Source: a candidate division WOR-3 bacterium (GTDB lineage Bacteria; Hydrothermota; UBA3072; B12-G15). From it: DNA of 15,281 nucleotides. The stretch covers positions 1 to 15,281 of the forward strand of contig CBFGJG010000044.1 of NCBI GenBank assembly GCA_965649055.1, in the 5' to 3' direction. Of this stretch, positions 12,077-15,281 are shown piece by piece. Numbering within the stretch: position 1 is the first letter of the stretch; each line of letters opens with the position of its first letter. The notes under the pieces were generated by a model. That model had not been told where the DNA came from. It made no database searches and was given only the letters and a program-made list of their open reading frames with translations. Made by a program: the position numbers and the translations under genes.

Positions 12077-14935
12077 TTATTTAATATAAATTAATTTCTT
12101 AATCTGTTTAAAATCCTCTGTTTCGAATATGAGAAAATAAACACCTGTTCTTATCTTATCCTCGGGAATAAATTTAATCTTTTGTTCTCCAATTCCTGAT
12201 TTTCCGTTAAATATTTCGTATACATTTCTACCTGTTATGTCATACAGATTAACCTTTACTTCTGTTTCTTTCTTTAAATTCCATTTTATCTCAACAAGAT
12301 CCGAGAATACATTCTTTGATATTGAAAATATCTTTTCTTTTTCATTTTCTATCCCAACATACCTTGAGAGATTACCGACTTCAAGTGATATAAGACCTGG
12401 ATTTCCTGATGATTTTGTAGAATATCTCTTAAATATAACCTTAACCCTTATCCTGTCATATGTTGTAGGTGGAACAGATGAAAGGCTTATTGTATCCATA
12501 ATGTTATTCAGAAATATACCAGTAGAATTATTTGGCAAGTATGCATCAGGTATTAATTTCCATCCTGTGCAAGACCTGTGTTCAACCTGTATACCTATAG
12601 AATCTTCCGCTGATAACTTACGAATAATGATATCGCCCCAGTTATCCCTTGGATAAATGTAATTCAGTCTATAGAAACTGATCTCACCTGTTGTCAATAC
12701 ACCATTTGTTATAAAGGTAGGTATCTTTAGATAGATAGTCGGATTATCAATTGCACAGGTATATCCATAGTGATTTGAGGAACTTTGGTCTGTATATGTC
12801 CATTTTACCTGTAATGATTCCATAGATGTGATTGATAAATTTATTTCTGTGGTTCTTTCACCTGAAGAAGAAATATTATGTGTATAATTTATTATCCATG
12901 TTAACCAGGTAGTTGTGAATCTCCTGTATTTTAATTGCATCTTCTCACCTTCCTGGTTTATCCTTATCCCATATCCATATGAGATACAAACGCTTATCCC
13001 ACCCTGTGGAATATATATTTTGGGTGATATTATTTCTTCAGCTGTATTTAGCACATAATTACCAGCATTTCTATCACAATAATATGCATATTGGTTTCCA
13101 TATGATGGTGGAATAAAATACAATAAATAATTATTTGTTCCTACTTCCCATTCAACATTATCACCATTCCCATCATTTATAGCCCAATCAGAAGGTATCC
13201 CTGATTCAAAATCTTCATATAGTAATGTATCGTGTATGTATGATATACTATCAAGGTATATTTTGTTATCATAAATCTTTAGCCCGTTTAAATCACTATT
13301 TTTAAATTGTGTTGAACAACCCAAAAAGAAAGAACAGGTAAAATCAGGTATATTGTTGCTTATAGTGAATGAATATCTGTCAGAATAATCAGACCAAAAA
13401 TTTGAACCTTCAGGGTCTTTGCATATGACTTTCCAGTAATAAGTGTTTCCTGAATTTAAAGAATTTGGTATCTGGAAAGAAACAGTATCATTACTCTCAT
13501 AAAGAGGTGTTTCGATTATTTCCGGTGAACTAAAATCAGGTTCTTCATCCAATAATATTCTATAAACCAAACGATCATTATCAGGGTCAGATGATGTGAA
13601 GACTAAAACAGGTTTTATATCTGGTATATTAGCACAATCAAATGGGCTTAAAAGAGATGGCGGATTTGGTGAATCAGGTGCCCTTGAAATTACGGATAAC
13701 GAAGCAATTGTAGCAACTTCTCCTTTTATAACTTCTGTAGCGAATAAATTGTTGTTATATCCGCCACCTATGGTATCACCGATTGTATGATAAAAGGGAT
13801 TTGGAACATTCTCGTCTTCTATTAGGCAGAATGCATTGTATCCATAATCCCAGAAAGGTGCATGGTCAGACCAAGAAGCCCAGTTACTAACATATTTTAA
13901 TGTTTTTAATGTCGTATAATTGTTTGCACATTCAATGAAATAGTCAGCAAATGGTATTGAGGCATTGTTTGTAACAACATCAACAGATTCCGGAAGATGA
14001 TCTACATATCCAATCATATCAGCATTTACAACCCCAAGGATACTATCCCCTGTTTGATTGGCTAACTGGGCATAATATTCACTCCCAAATAGACCAAATT
14101 CTTCACCTGAAAATGCAATGAATTTTATCGTGTATTCAAATCTGTAATCCTTCAAAACCCTTGCACATTCAATGACACCTGCTGTTCCACTTGCGTTATC
14201 ATCTGCACCCGGGACAAATGTTGGTATCTGATTGGAATATGCATCAAAATGGCTTGATATTATGGAATACCGATTTGAAGGATATAATGTTCCATATTTT
14301 ATTCCTATTACATTTGGTGCATGTCCGGAAGTATGTGTTTGATATATTACAGTATCACAGCCGTATTCATATAGTTTTGAACCTATCCATAAAGCAGCAT
14401 AAAATGTGGAATCATATGTTGAAAACCTTGATTTAAAATTCTGTAATCTACGGACAAAACTCAGGACACTATCTGGATTAACATTATTTACAATTTCCTG
14501 AATAACTGGATTATACTGAAATTTTCTGTCAAATCTTATATCTCTTTTCACAATTGGTTCAAAAGTTATATATCTAATAAATACTCTTTCTTTTTTAAGA
14601 TTAAAGAAACCATCTTCATTAGTTGCTATGAAGTATATGTCATTATCTTTTAATAGAATCCTTCCATAGCCTGATAAATCAATATTTTTATCAAGAACCC
14701 TGACGAGGTAGTATCTTTCGTCTCTCTTTTCTTCAAGAATTCTGTATTCAAGTCCTTGAAGATTTTGAAGTTTTCCATCGGCTGTTATGATTGCATAATT
14801 TTCAAGTTCACATACAATATGAAGATTTCTTTTAAATAATGGTTCAAGTCTGTCTTTACCTATTCTTACACTAACTATACTTTCACCATTAAGGATTAAA
14901 CAAAATAAAAAAAACACAGAAACTCTTTTAAACAT
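12077..14935 (-). CDS. Secreted M28 family metallopeptidase with FN3-like and jelly-roll-like domains and a T9SS-type C-terminal sorting domain
   Basis: Signal peptide MFKRVSVFFLFCLIL. M28 motifs SSHFD, PGADDNASG, FSGEEFGLFGS, NADMIG, SDHAPF, YHT. FN3-like DPDND...YYWKV. C-terminal LYDITGR-x-V...GVYFL...KKLIYIK. The start is moved to ATG 14935 behind SD AAGGAG. Confidence 0.9.
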   Translation of the reverse strand: MFKRVSVFFLFCLILNGESIVSVRIGKDRLEPLFKRNLHIVCELENYAIITADGKLQNLQGLEYRILEEKRDERYYLVRVLDKNIDLSGYGRILLKDNDIYFIATNEDGFFNLKKERVFIRYITFEPIVKRDIRFDRKFQYNPVIQEIVNNVNPDSVLSFVRRLQNFKSRFSTYDSTFYAALWIGSKLYEYGCDTVIYQTHTSGHAPNVIGIKYGTLYPSNRYSIISSHFDAYSNQIPTFVPGADDNASGTAGVIECARVLKDYRFEYTIKFIAFSGEEFGLFGSEYYAQLANQTGDSILGVVNADMIGYVDHLPESVDVVTNNASIPFADYFIECANNYTTLKTLKYVSNWASWSDHAPFWDYGYNAFCLIEDENVPNPFYHTIGDTIGGGYNNNLFATEVIKGEVATIASLSVISRAPDSPNPPSLLSPFDCANIPDIKPVLVFTSSDPDNDRLVYRILLDEEPDFSSPEIIETPLYESNDTVSFQIPNSLNSGNTYYWKVICKDPEGSNFWSDYSDRYSFTISNNIPDFTCSFFLGCSTQFKNSDLNGLKIYDNKIYLDSISYIHDTLLYEDFESGIPSDWAINDGNGDNVEWEVGTNNYLLYFIPPSYGNQYAYYCDRNAGNYVLNTAEEIISPKIYIPQGGISVCISYGYGIRINQEGEKMQLKYRRFTTTWLTWIINYTHNISSSGERTTEINLSITSMESLQVKWTYTDQSSSNHYGYTCAIDNPTIYLKIPTFITNGVLTTGEISFYRLNYIYPRDNWGDIIIRKLSAEDSIGIQVEHRSCTGWKLIPDAYLPNNSTGIFLNNIMDTISLSSVPPTTYDRIRVKVIFKRYSTKSSGNPGLISLEVGNLSRYVGIENEKEKIFSISKNVFSDLVEIKWNLKKETEVKVNLYDITGRNVYEIFNGKSGIGEQKIKFIPEDKIRTGVYFLIFETEDFKQIKKLIYIK

Positions 14936-15065
14936 AATCATCTCCTTTTTCATAGATATATAGTTTTATTTAAAAAAAGTCAAGAATTAAAATAAAAATA
15001 AATGGAAAAGTTCATGCACATGGTGGTACAGTTAAGATAGTGAAGATAGGGGTAATGAATGAAGA

Positions 15066-15093
15066 GAGGATTGCCCTGGGGAGGGCAATCCTC
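15066..15093. terminator. Perfect 12-bp GC-rich hairpin, possible intrinsic terminator
   Basis: GAGGATTGCCCT-GGGG-AGGGCAATCCTC. The minus-strand tail TCTTC is only a weak U-tract. Confidence 0.5.
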
Positions 15094-15113
15094 AAAGGAG
15101 TTGCAAAAACCAA

Positions 15114-15139
15114 TTTTAGAGTTAATAATAACTCTAAAA
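15114..15139. repeat. Perfect 11-bp inverted repeat
   Basis: TTTTAGAGTTA-ATAA-TAACTCTAAAA, immediately upstream of the SD for the ORF at 15152. Confidence 0.6.
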
Positions 15140-15151
15140 AAGGAGTTACCC

Positions 15152-15281
15152 ATGACTTATAATATATTAGCAAATAATAAGTTAAAAGACAAGGAAATTT
15201 TATATGATTATAGGAAGGAGATAGTTATGTATTATTTTAAAGTAAAGTCATATAGAAAAACAGCGAAGGAGTTTAGGATTA
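15152..15281 (+). CDS. Partial helix-turn-helix protein, possibly an IS transposase N-terminus
   Basis: SD AAGGAG (15140-15145), then MTYNILANNKLKDKEILYDYRKEIVMYYFKVKSYRKTAKEFRI, open to the window edge. R-x-x-IV-x-YY...S-x-R-x-TA-x-x-F-x-I resembles transposase HTH motifs. Alternative start at ATG 15227. Confidence 0.5.
   Translation, partial: MTYNILANNKLKDKEILYDYRKEIVMYYFKVKSYRKTAKEFRI

Noticed and set aside
370..14436. Short antisense ORFs in the track (370-561, 1109-1345, 1215-1496, 3229-3480, 4862-5086, 6267-6461, 6730-6933, 7306-7491, 8330-8533, 8819-9088, 10275-10547, 10633-10845, 11159-11347, 12237-12656, 13596-13790, 14191-14436)
   Set aside because: All lie opposite well-supported genes, have the Phe/Ser/Ile-rich composition expected of reverse-complemented Lys/Glu-rich coding DNA, and show no recognisable motifs.
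14936..14953. Track start of the M28 peptidase at 14953 (likewise 1648 and 7930 for other genes)
   Set aside because: These starts lie within or upstream of clear SD sequences. The downstream ATGs at 14935, 1642 and 7918 have proper SD spacing.
14980..15153. 57-codon minus-strand ORF (MGNSFFRVII...)
   Set aside because: No SD, it runs through two strong hairpins, and the peptide has no recognisable features; more likely non-coding.
1..15281. CRISPR array
   Set aside because: No series of equal-length repeats with unique spacers was seen. The 1733-1799 repeat has only two imperfect copies with a 16-nt gap.

Overview
AT-rich bacterial window. The T9SS-type C-terminal domain, ultra-short hydrophobic N-termini and gene set suggest an FCB-related lineage such as WOR-3 (inference only). 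The right two-thirds (4387-14935) is a minus-strand, mostly housekeeping run: secreted M28 peptidase, endonuclease Q, HIT hydrolase, small membrane protein, butyrate kinase, flippase-like protein, M1 aminopeptidase, LolA-like protein, YidD. The left 4.4 kb looks accessory and holds the most interesting material, with two units on a divergent promoter region. (1) On the + strand, an unlisted 58-aa basic ORF overlaps (GTGA) a 777-aa fusion of an intact-looking MBL/beta-CASP nuclease with an APE2256-type CARF domain, a wHTH-like segment and a further C-terminal domain. This is a candidate cyclic-oligonucleotide-regulated nuclease, and no CRISPR array or cas gene is visible in the window. (2) On the - strand, a DIP1984-like coiled-coil gene is followed by a ~209-nt multi-stem RNA candidate and a DUF2225-like Zn-ribbon gene. 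Other observations: a probable AUU start for the HIT gene, a probably leaderless EndoQ mRNA, and two hairpins beside a partial transposase-like HTH ORF at the right edge. All family calls are by motif recognition; no searches were run.
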